From: the human T2T-CHM13v2.0 reference genome, Homo sapiens
DNA: 64,000 nt
NCBI RefSeq assembly: GCF_009914755.1
Contig: NC_060930.1
Reading direction: 5' to 3' (one strand)
The notes beneath the pieces were generated by a model. It made no database searches. It was not told the DNA's origin and was given only the letters and a program-made list of their open reading frames with translations. Shown one piece after another: positions 15,761-28,884 of the stretch (within the stretch, counting starts at the first letter, position 1; every line of letters starts with the position of its first letter). The position numbers were made by a program, and so were the translations under genes.

Positions 15761-16159
15761 TTTTCTAGCAGTTTAAAGAATGATTGATATGCACAGGTGG
15801 CACAAGTATTAATAATGCCTTATAACTATATAGCAATATGGCCACAAACCTAATTTTATTTAGTTCTCAAAATAATACTATGAAGTAGATACTATTATCA
15901 CTATTAAAGATGGAGAAACTCAAGCTCAGGTAAGATAACATTCAAACAAGCTATTTATCAAAGTTTTCTCTCAGGAATTCCCATTCAAACCCTTAAGAAT
16001 TTGGTTGAGAGGAAGTAGCAGGTAAAGGGTAGCTATTTCATTTCTTTCCTCATTTCTTTCTAGCTAATGTACAATTTGATCACCAACTCTCAATAAAAAG
16101 TGATATATCTAGGTGTTTCATCTGTATCAATATCAAATTGCTAAATTTAAAACTAAACT

Positions 16160-16443
16160 GGCCAAGTGCAGTGGTTCATGCCTGTAAATCCCAGCACTTT
16201 GGGAGGCTGAGGCAGGAGGATCACTTGAGCTCAGGAGTTTGAGACCAGCTTGGGAAACACAGTGAAAGCTGTACAGTTTTTTTTTTTTTTAATTAGCCGG
16301 ATATGGCGGCCTGTGGTCCCAACTGCTCAGAAAGCTAAGGTGGGATAGGGATCACTTGAAAACAGGAGGTCAAGGCTACAGTGACCATGGAGGCATCACT
16401 GCACTCCAGCCTGAGTGACAAAGTGAGACCCTACCTCAAAAAC
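16160..16443 (+). mobile_element. AluJ
   Basis: Diverged Alu with T-rich linker; TSD aaaactaaact at 16149-16159 and 16704-16714 encloses the following STR. Confidence 0.88.
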
Positions 16444-16471
16444 AGAGAGAGAGAGAGAGACAGAGAGAGAA

Positions 16472-16526
<55 letters not shown>

Positions 16527-16707
16527 GAAGGAAGGAAGGAAAGAAAGAAAAAGAAAGAAAGAAAAGGAAGGAAAGGAAGGAAGGAAGGAAAGAAAGAAAA
16601 AGAAAGAAAGAAAGAAAGAAAAGGAAGGAAAGGAAGGAAGGAAGGAAAGAAAGAAAAAGAAAGAAAGAAAGAGAAAGGAAAGAAAGGAAGGAAAGAAAGA
16701 AAGAAAA
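16444..16707. repeat. Compound (GA)n/(GAAA)n/(GGAA)n polypurine repeat
   Basis: Uninterrupted purines from 16462 to 16707. Confidence 0.97.
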
Positions 16708-16963
16708 CTAAACTAATTCAAATGGACTGTCAATTCAAAGGGGTGTAAGGAGCCGACTCACATTGCAGATGGAATCTGTTCCTAAGTCATAGTTTTCTTT
16801 ATTCAGAAGAGTATCAGTATTCTGTATGACATGATCATTTGTATTTAATGGCTACTCTTTTAATATAGTGTAAAGGGAGGTGGTAGAAACAGAGTTGTCT
16901 TTGAGATGGCCATCCAGAATGGCATAGTTATCTTTATTCTGGTTAAAAATGACAAATTCTTAC

Positions 16964-17077
16964 CTTAACTATTAATCCTTTTGAATCAACCAGCCATATC
17001 TTTTTGATGGCTTTCTCTTTTGGTAAACCTTCTTTTTCCAAGGCCATCACAATCAGGTGTGCAATCCCTAGGGCAGC
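16964..17077 (-). CDS. ME1: ME1 exon 9 (114 nt), [38 protein letters not shown]
   Basis: Acceptor ttttcatcactgag|GCT (GAG type), donor AAG|gtaaga; phase 0/0. Not shown in the ORF track, read manually. Confidence 0.96.
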
Positions 17078-18785
17078 CTCAGTGATGAAAAGAAAAAATT
17101 TTAAAGTTGTTCTACATGATATCTTATTAAGGGTTACATTTCACCCCATTTTGTCTTTGTTAGTGGGAACAAAATATTTTTGTCACATTTAGGTTAAGCC
17201 AAATAACAATTATTTACCCTTTTTACTACAACAGAGCCACTATTATGTGGCTTGCTATTTGGCCACAGATAAACTGGTGATATCCTTGATTGTCAGTGTA
17301 TTTAATCCTGTTAATACAACCAAGATTTGCTCCAAGAAAAAATACTGAATTCAAAATAATGAACTGGTCAACCTTGCTCATTGAACTGTATTGTTTATTG
17401 TTAGGTTCAAGCTACTCTAATTGAATTTGAAGAAAGAAGCTTGGTCATTTGGATGGGAACTTGACCAATTAGGCAACAGAATGAAACTGATGAAAAATAA
17501 AAGATCTGTGTTTCCAAGCATCTACTTACTCTTCTAATTTGGATACCAAAAGTGCTGTGAAATTTATTGCAAGATTAAAGGAATCAACTTCCTTGGTATT
17601 TGGTAAATTTTATAATTATCTGTGAAATTTCCAATATCTTTCCAGGGACAAACAAGTGCTAGTTTTGAATCATCCAACCATGAATTCTTCTGCCTAGTTG
17701 AGTATCAAGAACTGGCCTGTGCCATTCATCAAACCCTTTGAAAATTCAAAGAGGTTTACTAAAGTTAAATACAGCATGTAATAATCCGCAAAATAGAGAA
17801 CTCAAATGTTAATGAGCTGTCATTTAGCCTTGATTTTTATTTCAATGTGAAAGTGAATTTGTGATTTACATTCTGAATACTTTCACATATTTGTATCGTG
17901 GCATTTGAATTCTAACTTCACATATTTTGTTTTATCTAAAAACAAGCAAAATGAAAACCAATATGACATAAACAATGATCTACCAGTGTAACATATTGTT
18001 GTGTTCATAATCATATTCAATTTGAAAATTTAAAGTTTCTTGAAAAATATATATATATATATATATAGCCACAAAATATTTCTCTATTACTTACATTCTA
18101 TAATTCTAAAGAGATTTTGGCAGTTTTCCCATAAGAAACTCAAACTCAACTAACATTTTAATTTCTAGTTTGGGGATGAATTATTATTACAGGAGTCTAG
18201 TTTTCTTCTTTCAGATTATTAAATTAAGCAAGTAATAACAAAGCATAATTTGGTTTTGCTGCAGTCTCTTTCCAACAATTTAAAATATTTTGGGATTTTT
18301 GCATGTGAACAGTAATAATATACTACAAATCCCTAATTCAAAATGTTTTTTCTTAAAAACACATATGTAGTTACATACATACACACTGAATTGTGAGTCA
18401 AATTTTAAAAACTTGTTTTTGTAACACTGGAGTATACTAAAAGCCAGTATCAGATAAACCAGCTTAAATACATAAAAGCTTGCATATATACACATACATT
18501 GGAAAGTTTTCCTGTATGGCACCTTAGATATGCATAACAAATACCTACGGCAACATTTGATAATACCACAAATTTAAAACTGTGAAAAATATCTCATTAC
18601 TTCTGTACTAAATTATCCTATGAATAATTAATATGTCTCAGTACTTAATTTGGGAATCTTCCATAAAGCCTACAGTCATAATATACTAAAAATTTGAAAG
18701 AATACGTCAAATCTTGAGTTAATGAGCAATTAACACTAATTATATGTTAGTTTAGGAGAACATAAGTATTACACAAGGCAAATAC

Positions 18786-18883
18786 CTCTCCAGCTCCTTG
18801 GAATAGTATTGTTTGATCAGACAGTTTGTTCTTGGTTATTCGAAGAGCTGCAAGGAGACCTGCAACTGCAACAGATGCTGTTC
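18786..18883 (-). CDS. ME1: ME1 exon 8 (98 nt), (G)[32 protein letters not shown]
   Basis: Acceptor gtttcag|GA, donor GAG|gtattt; start of the GAGEAA dinucleotide-binding motif. Confidence 0.97.
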
Positions 18884-19346
18884 CTGAAACAAGTAATAAA
18901 TATCCTTGAGTAATCCTCAAACAGATCCTGCCAATTTTCAAGCTTTTATTCACAACTTGAAATAATCATAAAACAGGTTAACTGGTACAGAAGAGAAACC
19001 TGTGGTTGTCTTATCCCATGCTTGCATACGTGGTAAAATTCCCAGGCTACTGACATCAATATTTTAAGATAGCAGCTTACTACTATTCTTGAAAACTTCC
19101 CTAAAAGAAGATTCTGTGACTTATCTTAGTGACATAATCAATGAAAGGATGGGATCTGGATTCCTCAGATTCTAGCTCAACAACCCACTGACTAGCTGAA
19201 AGAATTTAGAGAAATTATTGTGTACATCAAATAGATAGTTTCCTCATCTGTAAAGTAGTTTTACTTTATGATATAAAAGAGTAATAAGTGCTATTAGATT
19301 CTTCCGTCTAATTACTCTTGGGGTTTTGAAATCTATTAATGATCCC

Positions 19347-19438
19347 CTTCACACAAAGAAGGCTTCACACAAAGAAACTCTTCTTCACACAAAGTAGGCT
19401 TCACACAAAGAAACTCTTCTTCACACAAAGAAACTCTT
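19347..19438. repeat. Short tandem array, five copies of cttcacacaaag in 16/20-bp units
   Basis: Units start at 19347, 19363, 19383, 19399 and 19419. Confidence 0.95.
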
Positions 19439-21077
19439 AATGTAAGAGTTTCAGAACCTGAGATAGGAGGACACAAATAGTAAATTCTTGCTGATGATGG
19501 TATTGGTGCTCATAATATTTTTGATACATTTGGAATTTAATGTTAATGGCAAGTAAAATCTAATTATATTGTATCATTTAATAGACTTTTTACCTATGAA
19601 AATCACTGGTGGATCCCAAAGGTACTAGACAAAACTAATGCAAAATTTCTTAAGATAAAAATTATATTTTCCTCATCATGTCTCATAGGCATAAAAACTT
19701 CACCAGTTCCAATTATATTACTTTACCATATAAGCATTCACAGATCACAAAGCAGTTCTCTTGCTTTAAGTGTAATTACACAGCTCAACTTCTTTATGGC
19801 TAATAAAGCAGCAGCTTCTTGCAACACTTTCCAGCTGTATCTATACTTTACTCCTCCAAGGTAACATTCTACCTATAATGTTTCCTACATCACTCAGCTG
19901 GGTAGTAAAGCCTAGCTAAACGTTAAATACCCTTATTTAACATTATGGTTAAAACAAAGATTAGACTAGGTTTGATGAATGACACAACGATGAAGCGTTA
20001 TGTATGTCAAGTATCAAAGGTAATCAACATTTCACAATCAGTAAATTTGTTCTATTCAATCTTTTAGTTTCTTTCTTGTATAATTAGGTAGCCGCAAATA
20101 AGAACACAATAAACAATAATTGTTGAAGGCCTGTTAGTCCCATATGTGCCTTTTCTTTAGGATCACAATGTGTACTACAAAAATAAAATGCATGCAATTT
20201 AGAGTCACTATTGCAATAATTATGAACTGTGCTAAGTCATATATTATGAAAAAGCCACTCTTCTATACATTACTTAAGGTGAAAATCTATGCAAAAAATA
20301 TGGCTAGTGTATGTAGAGAATATATCATGACATGATTAGAATGATATTTTCCCCATGCAAGATATATTCACTAGAGTCATTAAACAGATGAAAGAGAATT
20401 TAAACTAGAAAGAGAGGTATAGATATCCACTTACTAAATAAGAAGTTATTCAGAAATAGTAGCTCAAGCTATCTCTCTCTTGGGTTCTTTTGAAGTAAAC
20501 TGCCCAGAAGTTTGGATCTGGGGAACTCTAAGCTCCCTTCCAACTCTGAGATTCTATGATTTTAAGGGTTTCTATAAGATTTAACCAATTGAAGCATCAA
20601 AGTTGAAGTATCATCAGCAATCACTGTATTTGTATTATTATTTTTATTTACATCGAATTGGACACTTACGGTCAGATAGACAGAAAATATTCTAAAATAT
20701 CCTATTTGGTACCTTAATTTCATATGGTTATGCTAGATCACTTAAAACTCAAAATGTGTTAAGTTCATACATTATATTTAAAGATATATTTCATAATATT
20801 TCCTGAGAACACAATGAAAACACTAATCTTCCATTTATAGAATTAATTAATAAAATCAGAAAGATATTTTTAGCACTATCAAAAATTTAACTTGAACATG
20901 ATTCTTGTACATGGCCTGGTACTACCTTGATTTAAATTTCATTGCAGAGAAGGGAATACATGTAGAAAATTGAAATTTCATAAAACTGTAAATTTTTACA
21001 ATAAATTATTCCATAATAAGTTTTACTTTAAGATTTAAAACTAAGCTTTTTATAAGTCAGACAGAATTCGTGCTTAG

Positions 21078-21413
<336 letters not shown>

Positions 21414-22220
21414 GTACTATCAGTTTTAAAGAGGACTTAACACTGTTAGCAAGATACTAAACAGATCGAATTTTTCTTAACATTTTAGAAACTTACGACT
21501 TTAACATAAACATAAACATAACAACATATGGTTGTTAAATAAAAGTCTCACCTTTTATCAAAGAATAGCCTCTACTAATGCAATAATTTGTTAAATCTGG
21601 TTAAAATTACCATATATATTTTAGTAAGGTAGATCAATATGTAATCAAATAATTATAATCCTCATGTGCTACTAAATAGATTGGGTAAAATACAAGAACT
21701 AGAAGTAGCAGGGGGATGGGTGAATTTATCTAGGCAAAGGTCAAGGCATTTAGAGTGCATACTCCCTGAACACAGTATTGATTAATGTAAGAGTTTCAGA
21801 ACCTCAGACAAGAGGACACAATGAGTAGGAAAAGCATATGCAAAGACATGAAGGCAGGGATGACTCCCTGTTAGAAATGGAAGTTGAACACACAATTAGT
21901 ATTCCTTTCCCCAACAAACTCTACTAAAACAATAGAAAACTGCTTTTTCGAAAAGAAAAAAATTAAAAAGACTAAGAGAAAAGGGTAGCAAAAAAGGGTA
22001 GCAACAACATTTTAGAAGCTGACAGGCTTCTAAATGAGCAAATGGCAACTGACTTAGCAGACTTGAGAAAGCTGAATTGTTGGCCGGCAGTGGGGAATAA
22101 GTGACCAGACTGATACAGCAAAACTCTCAAAAACCCAGGTATAGGAGGCACCAAGTGCCTCTGGAAGTAGGGATAAAGGAGAGGGTGAAAACAGGAAGCT
22201 GGTCAAAAGTCTGTTAAGAA

Positions 22221-22522
22221 GGCTAGGGTGCAGAGGTTTATGTCCTGTAACCTCAGGACTTTGGGAGGCCAAGGCAGGAGGGTTGCTTGAACCCAGGGAT
22301 TTGAGACCAGCCTGGGCAACATAGAGATACCCATCTCTACCCCCCAAAAATTTTTTTTTTAAATTAGCTGGGTGTGATGGTACATGCCTGTATTCCTAGC
22401 TACTTGGGAGGCTGAGGCAGTAGGATCACTTGAACCCAGGAGTTTGAGGCTGCAGTGAGCTATGACTGCTCTGCTGCACTCCAGTCCAGCCTGGGCAACA
22501 GAGAGAGATACTGTCTCAAAAT
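22221..22522 (+). mobile_element. AluJ inserted in an old L1M 5' fragment (about 21870-23560)
   Basis: tttgaggctgcagtgagctatga J signature; flanks resemble an L1M 5' region. Confidence 0.85.
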
Positions 22523-23153
22523 TAAATATATATATTTAATTATATATAATATACAATTATATGTAATTATATAAAATATAATTATATTATATTTATATAT
22601 TTATATAATATATTATATAATAGATTATATTTATATATTTATATAATATATTATATAATTAGATTATATTTATATATTTATATAATATATTATATAATTA
22701 GATTATATTTATATATTTATATAATCTATTATAATTATGTTATATTGATATAATCTATTATAATTATATTATATCGATATAATCTATTATAATTATATTA
22801 TATCGATATAATCTATTATAATTACATTATATCGATATAATCTATTATAATTACATTATATCGATATAATCTATTATAATTACATTATATCGATATAATC
22901 TATTATAATTACATTATATCGATATAATCTATTATAATTATATTATATTGATCTATTAAATAATTGTGTATTTATATAATATATAATTATATTATATTAT
23001 ATATTATATAATTATATTATATTTATATATAATTATCTTATATTTATATATTATATATTATATTTATATAATATAATATATAATATAAATTATATATATA
23101 ATTATATATAACTCTCTCTCTATATGTGTGTGTGTATATATATATATATATAT
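22523..23153. repeat. AT-rich minisatellite (39-bp then 29-bp units) plus (TA)n/(TG)n
   Basis: 29-bp unit gatataatctattataatta(c/t)attatatc, with CpGs at 22775, 22804, 22833, 22862, 22891 and 22920. Confidence 0.95.
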
Positions 23154-23629
23154 CAGTTAAAACCCAGATCTGCATCCCCCTCTCCTTCTAGAAGATAGTC
23201 AACTTCCCCACACTCTGGAAGTTTGAAAGAAAACTTGAGGCTCATTTTCTGGAAAGGGTCATTGGAGTATAAGACACCAGGCATAATTGGGGGCAAGGAT
23301 TCCATACTAGAAACAAGCTTAACTGGAAGTTTACATACTCAATACGGAGACCCTCCAATCTTCTCCTACTTAAAGAGCACTGGCAGAAAGGTAGTATCAG
23401 GAGCGAGATTGGAAAAATCTTTTCTGTGGAATCTCAGCAGTGTAAGAGAAGGAATCCAAAGAGACTGAAAAGGAAGATTACCTAAGGAAATGGCCCAACC
23501 AAGTCACCTTACAGTAAAGACTCAGAATACTACCTCCATCTGCATGCCCAGCCTTCTAAAATATAAAAGGAGAGAGAACATAAAACACATGTGAAACTGT
23601 GTGCAGTGTTGCTGAAGCAAACACACCTT

Positions 23630-24580
23630 ACTAGAATGCAAAGTGATATGAGGCTAGAGAAGTTTTGGGGTCAGATCATGTAGGGCCTTCTACTATATAC
23701 TAATAGTACCTATAGGTATATATGGGTATATATAATTATAATATATTATAGGTAGCAGATGGTGTTTAAAGATTTTAAATTCAGAGAATAGTGGTGGGTG
23801 ATGGTTTTGAGAAATTTGAGGCTGGGGGTATGCAAACAAATTAGGAGGTTCAATTTTGAGCTTTTGCACAAAGCTTGTGCTTCCTGTCATGTGTTATTCT
23901 GATAGCAGTATCAAGAAATAGTTACATACAATCTGGGCCACAGATATTTAGAATTTTAAAACATGTATTGAGGTCGTGTGGAATGATAACATTATTCAGA
24001 GTGAGTGGCTAAAGGAGAGAACCTAAATGAACATGAACATTTAAGGAACAGAGGGCAGAAAAATGTGTTATAACACATTTTTGTTATAACACACATTGAC
24101 AGAGAAAAAATTATCAAAGAGGTAAAAGAGCATATACTTACCTGAAAACAGAGAGAAGTAATGACAAAGAACAAAGGTCAATCAAGAAAGAAAATGAAAA
24201 ATTGCTATTGGATCTTGCAATTACATCACCTGTGACCTATCAAAGAGCCGTTTTTAGTGGCATGCATGTCAGGGCTGAAGATGGATGGCAGTATTCCGAG
24301 GAAGAAATAAAAGGTGAAGAACAGGGAGAGCAGGTGTGGAACACTCCTTGGAGAAGCTTAGATAAGAAAAGGAAGAATGGGGTGAGGATGGAGATGGGGT
24401 GGGAGGGAAACAAGGTTGAGGCAAATATCTTATTTTTATGTTTTTAAGGGAAGAAAGACATTGACTGATGGAGGGAAGAAAATAGAATGGAGGCAATAAT
24501 TTTAAGACTGAAATCAATTTAAATATGGTCTATGGTCATAGACTAAAGGGAAGAAGGCAATAGAGAGAAAGAGGTTGAAG
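23630..24580 (-). mobile_element. L2 fragments
   Basis: cagatcatgtagggcctt and tattggatcttgcaatt...gtgacct motifs; approximate. Confidence 0.55.
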
Positions 24581-24660
24581 TTACAGGAAAACAAGCCATC
24601 TTTTAACCATGAACTTCTTTCCCAAAGTAGTGGGGTGTCATTATTAGTGAGGCAAAATAA

Positions 24661-24954
<294 letters not shown>

Positions 24955-25529
24955 GAGGCAAAGTAATATTTTAAAATTCTTCCATGTTACATTCTTTTGT
25001 AATAAAAATATTCAACAAAATATTCTTACATTCTAATTCATGAGCTTTTTCTCATAAGTATTTGACAAAACACATTTTAATACAATAAGATAGTCTAAAT
25101 TTTTTTTGCATTTTAATATAAAGAAATCTTACAGGATCTACATATAAATATAGGATCTACACATAAAAATGTTTCAGAATATTAATTGTAAGTCTTAAAT
25201 GAGTATTAACTCAGAAAAATCTATGAGTAAGAGGAAGAAGTATAGTCAGAATGCTATTTTCTTTCTTTCTTTGTATAACTTGTCTGCTACGATCAGTTAT
25301 GTCTAGTATTTTGTCAAATAAGTGGTGACATAATGAAGAATGTCATTGATATGAGATGATGGCAAATTCCAAATTACAACATCAACAACAATACCACTTT
25401 GGAAAGAATACTAATGGAAGTAAAAAGCTTTGGTACTAAGTTATCTTGCTAATGAAAGATTATATATTAGGTATTTTTGATATTATGGCTCAACAATTGT
25501 GCCATGTTTGATCTTTTTCAGTTGAAATA

Positions 25530-26280
25530 GTTATTCATAAATACATGCTCATTGTGGTAAATGCATTAAACAGTTAAAATCCAGATAAAGACAAAAAAAG
25601 TCACCTGTAATCCCACTGTGTAGCTGTAACCACTTTCAACATTCTGATGTTTAGTCTTAACAAATTTTTGTCTCATACTGATATGTGTATATTCAAAAAA
25701 TTTTAATTTACAAAAAATACCTCATTCCATACCTACTATTTTAACATGCTTTTTATCTCTTAAAAATATCTTGTGAATACCTAACCATGTCTATAATATA
25801 TTTTAAAATATTATTTTGTACAGTTATAATATTCCATACTATGGGTATATGGTAATTCATTTAACCAAACCTCTATTTTTAGATATTTAGAGGATTCTGA
25901 TTATTTGCTATTAAAAATAGCATTGCAATACTTTGTATATTTAATTTGCACATCACTATTTCTTCAGGATAAATTTGTACAAAAGAATTGTATCAGGTAA
26001 AGATCTGCATGTTTTTAGGTTTTTGACACAAACTGGCTCCCCAAAAGTTGTATCAATCTATACTTCTACCATCAATGGATGCGAGTGCTCATTTTCTAAA
26101 AGCATCATTAACAGTTGGGTTTATAACAAAAATCTTTGCTAGCTTGATAGAGAAAATCAGTTTCTCACTTGCTGTTTAATAAATTTTTAAAAACTTAATA
26201 GTAAGGCTAAACTCCAAAAATATGTTTACTGGCCATGGTATCCTTTTGTGAGTATCTGTTCTACCATGTCTGATTTTGAT
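25530..26280 (-). mobile_element. Old L1 (L1ME-like) 3' fragment
   Basis: tattccat...tttaaccaa...tttgctatta...aagttgtatcaatctatacttctacca motifs; approximate. Confidence 0.6.
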
Positions 26281-27733
26281 CTTTTCAATTATCAAAGCAT
26301 TCAGTATAAGATTTCACTATATTTACAAAAATGTAGCCTAATATATTAAATGTATTTTTTAAAAATACTAACAAGTCAAACTAGTTTATTATGGCAAAAA
26401 TTTCTATGTGCAATATTTAGAGTGTCATGTTACAGAGTAACTATTCCAGAGGCTACTATGAGAAGAAAAATTTCTTTTTGTAGCTTATTTTAAATGACTA
26501 GAGGTTGAAACCTTATTTTTTTCAGTCTGAATTTGCTGAATTCTGTTTGTCTTCAGATTATATAATTATGTGGCCAATTTCTTAATAGATTCAATTTATG
26601 CATTTTTTCCAGTTTAAAATAATTTATAATGAGAATGCATTCATGTCTAAAATACATTTTGAATCAAAATCTATATTATTTAAGGTTATTTTAGATAACT
26701 AACAGTAGAATTCTAAGTATATACAATTTTAATCAAATACTTTTCATAAATCATATCTTTAAATAACAAATGTGTTTAAAAAAAAAAAGAAAAGAGTCCA
26801 CCCAAGGGTCCAGTGTAAACACATTTATTTACATGGTAAGGCTGTAATGGTTAGATAATTATTTTTGTTGGCACTGGAATGCAATTTCTGTGCCTGCAGA
26901 GAGGAAAGTATTACATCTGTGGGCATAATGGTAAGAACATAAGGTTAAAAAGGTAAAAAAGAACCATACGGAGAAACTGTGTCATAAGGGCACGATTTTG
27001 CATGATGTGCACAAAACGGTTTGGTCATTTCTAGTCAGAACCCCAATAACTTGCCAAAGGTTTTCTCTAGTCAGAGATTAGACATATTTTTCTCAAACCT
27101 ATCTTTTTATTTCCTAAGGCAGTAATACTTTAAAATTCCTATATGGAAATAAAAGACTATATATGTGCAGATTATATTTTAGGCCGAATTAGTCGTGAAA
27201 AACTAGTTATTTAATGCCTCCATTGTGGTGACCTGCTTGGGGGGCATATTATGCTGTGGATCCTCAGGGCTCCTTCTTGCACTGCTCTTGACCTAGGCTT
27301 GGCTCTTGCTTCTGATATCCTGTGCCCCCGCCTTTAATTCTGATGTACCCCAGAGCCTGACCTCTAAATTCCTGGCCTTGATGGATAGAAATCCTGACCC
27401 TAATTGCTTGTTTTGTTTGATAATTTGAATTTAGCATTCGTTTTCTTAAACTGAACTCTGTTTCCTATTAACTCTGCATGATAATTAGAAATTATTTAAT
27501 ACTGGTCTTTAACTTTGTATGGACATTTACATCAGACCCACAAAATCAGAAGATATACAATATTAAAGGAATTCTGTAGTTTTGTTCAACAGTTTACTGG
27601 TGGCTGTTTTAGAGAACACTGCAAAATGAATTGACAAGTGACTTAAAAACACTGGTCTACAAAGCATGTGTTTGTAGCGCCAAAGGCACTTTATCATTAT
27701 TATACATGGTATCTTCAAGTTAGTATGCAATAC

Positions 27734-28124
27734 TGATACAGTTTAGCTCTGTGTCCCCACCCAAATCTCATCTCAAGTTGTAATCTCCACATGTTGAGGG
27801 AGGGACCTGTAGTTCCCACGTGTTGAGGGAGGGAGGTAATTGGATCATGGGGGCGGTTTTACCCATGATGTTCTTGTGATAGTGAGTGAGTTCTCACAAG
27901 ACCTAATGGTTTTATAAGTGTTTGGAAGTTCTTCCTTCACTCATCTCTCTCCTGCTGCCTTGTGAAGAAGGTGCTTGCTTCCTCTTTGCCTTCTACGATG
28001 ATTGTAAGTTTCCTGAGGCCTCCTCAGCCATAAGAAAGTGTGAGTCAATTAAACCTCTTTCCTTTACATAAATTACCCAGTCTCAGGAAAGTTCTCTGTA
28101 GCAGTGTGAAAATAGACTAATGCA
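27734..28124 (+). mobile_element. THE1D-like MaLR solo LTR
   Basis: TG...CA ends; ctctgtgtccccacccaaatctcatc start; attaaa poly-A signal; 5-bp TSD aatac/aataa. Confidence 0.9.
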
Positions 28125-28483
28125 AATAATATTAAAATCAGGCCATCTTTCTATAGCTCACAATTCTTAACACCTGGAAATTTCCAGATTATTCCATTTC
28201 TGAAATCCTATATTTGCTTTTCATGAATACTCAAAAAGAAATTTAATATAAAAAAGAATAAAACACAGTTTACTTAACTTAGGCATCTTTGTCATGAAAA
28301 TTGGCACTGAAGGAACAATGTAATTAACATCACAAAGAATTTGGGGAAAAGAAAGATTTGACCAATTACTTTCATGTATCTCAAAAGAAATAAAGACTCA
28401 GGATTTTTAAAGCCGTTAAATGTATATAGCTGCCATACTAAATACTTAAGCATGGTGAATTTTAAAAATTATTATATATATAC

Positions 28484-28771
28484 TTTTTTTCTTTTTTCTT
28501 TTTTTTTGAGATGGAGTCTCACTCTGTTGCCCAGGCTAGAATGCATGGCATGATCTCAGCTTGCTGAAACCTCCACCACCCGGGTTCAAGGGCCTCCCAA
28601 GTAGCTGGGACTAAGGGTATGCGCCACCATGCTGGGCTAATTTTTGTATTTCTAGTAGAGATGGGGCTTCACCATATTGGCCAGGCTGGTCTCGAACTCC
28701 TGACTTCGTGATCCGCCCGCCTTGGCCTCCCAAAGTGCTGGGATTACAGGTGTGAGCCACTGTGCCTGGCC
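28484..28771 (-). mobile_element. AluS (Sg-like) with small internal deletion
   Basis: Reverse Alu flanked on both sides by taaaaattattat. Confidence 0.9.
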
Positions 28772-28884
28772 TAAAAATTATTATTTATAAAGTACCTTTC
28801 AGTTTATAGGGTATTTCTACAAATAATTATTTTGTCCTCAATGTAAACTCCATGAGAGAAACATTATCATCCCCATTTTACATT

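Noticed and set aside
16381-16716. K/E/R-rich 111-aa ORF
   Set aside because: Stop-free only because it reads through a purine microsatellite.
19347-19438. CRISPR-like repeat-spacer appearance
   Set aside because: Eukaryotic intron; repeats are 12 bp and the 4-8 bp spacers are themselves repeated.
23691-23755. Short palindromes (tacctataggta, tataatatattata); similar cases at 52630-52680 and 60072-60083
   Set aside because: Short or low-complexity; not distinguishable from chance.
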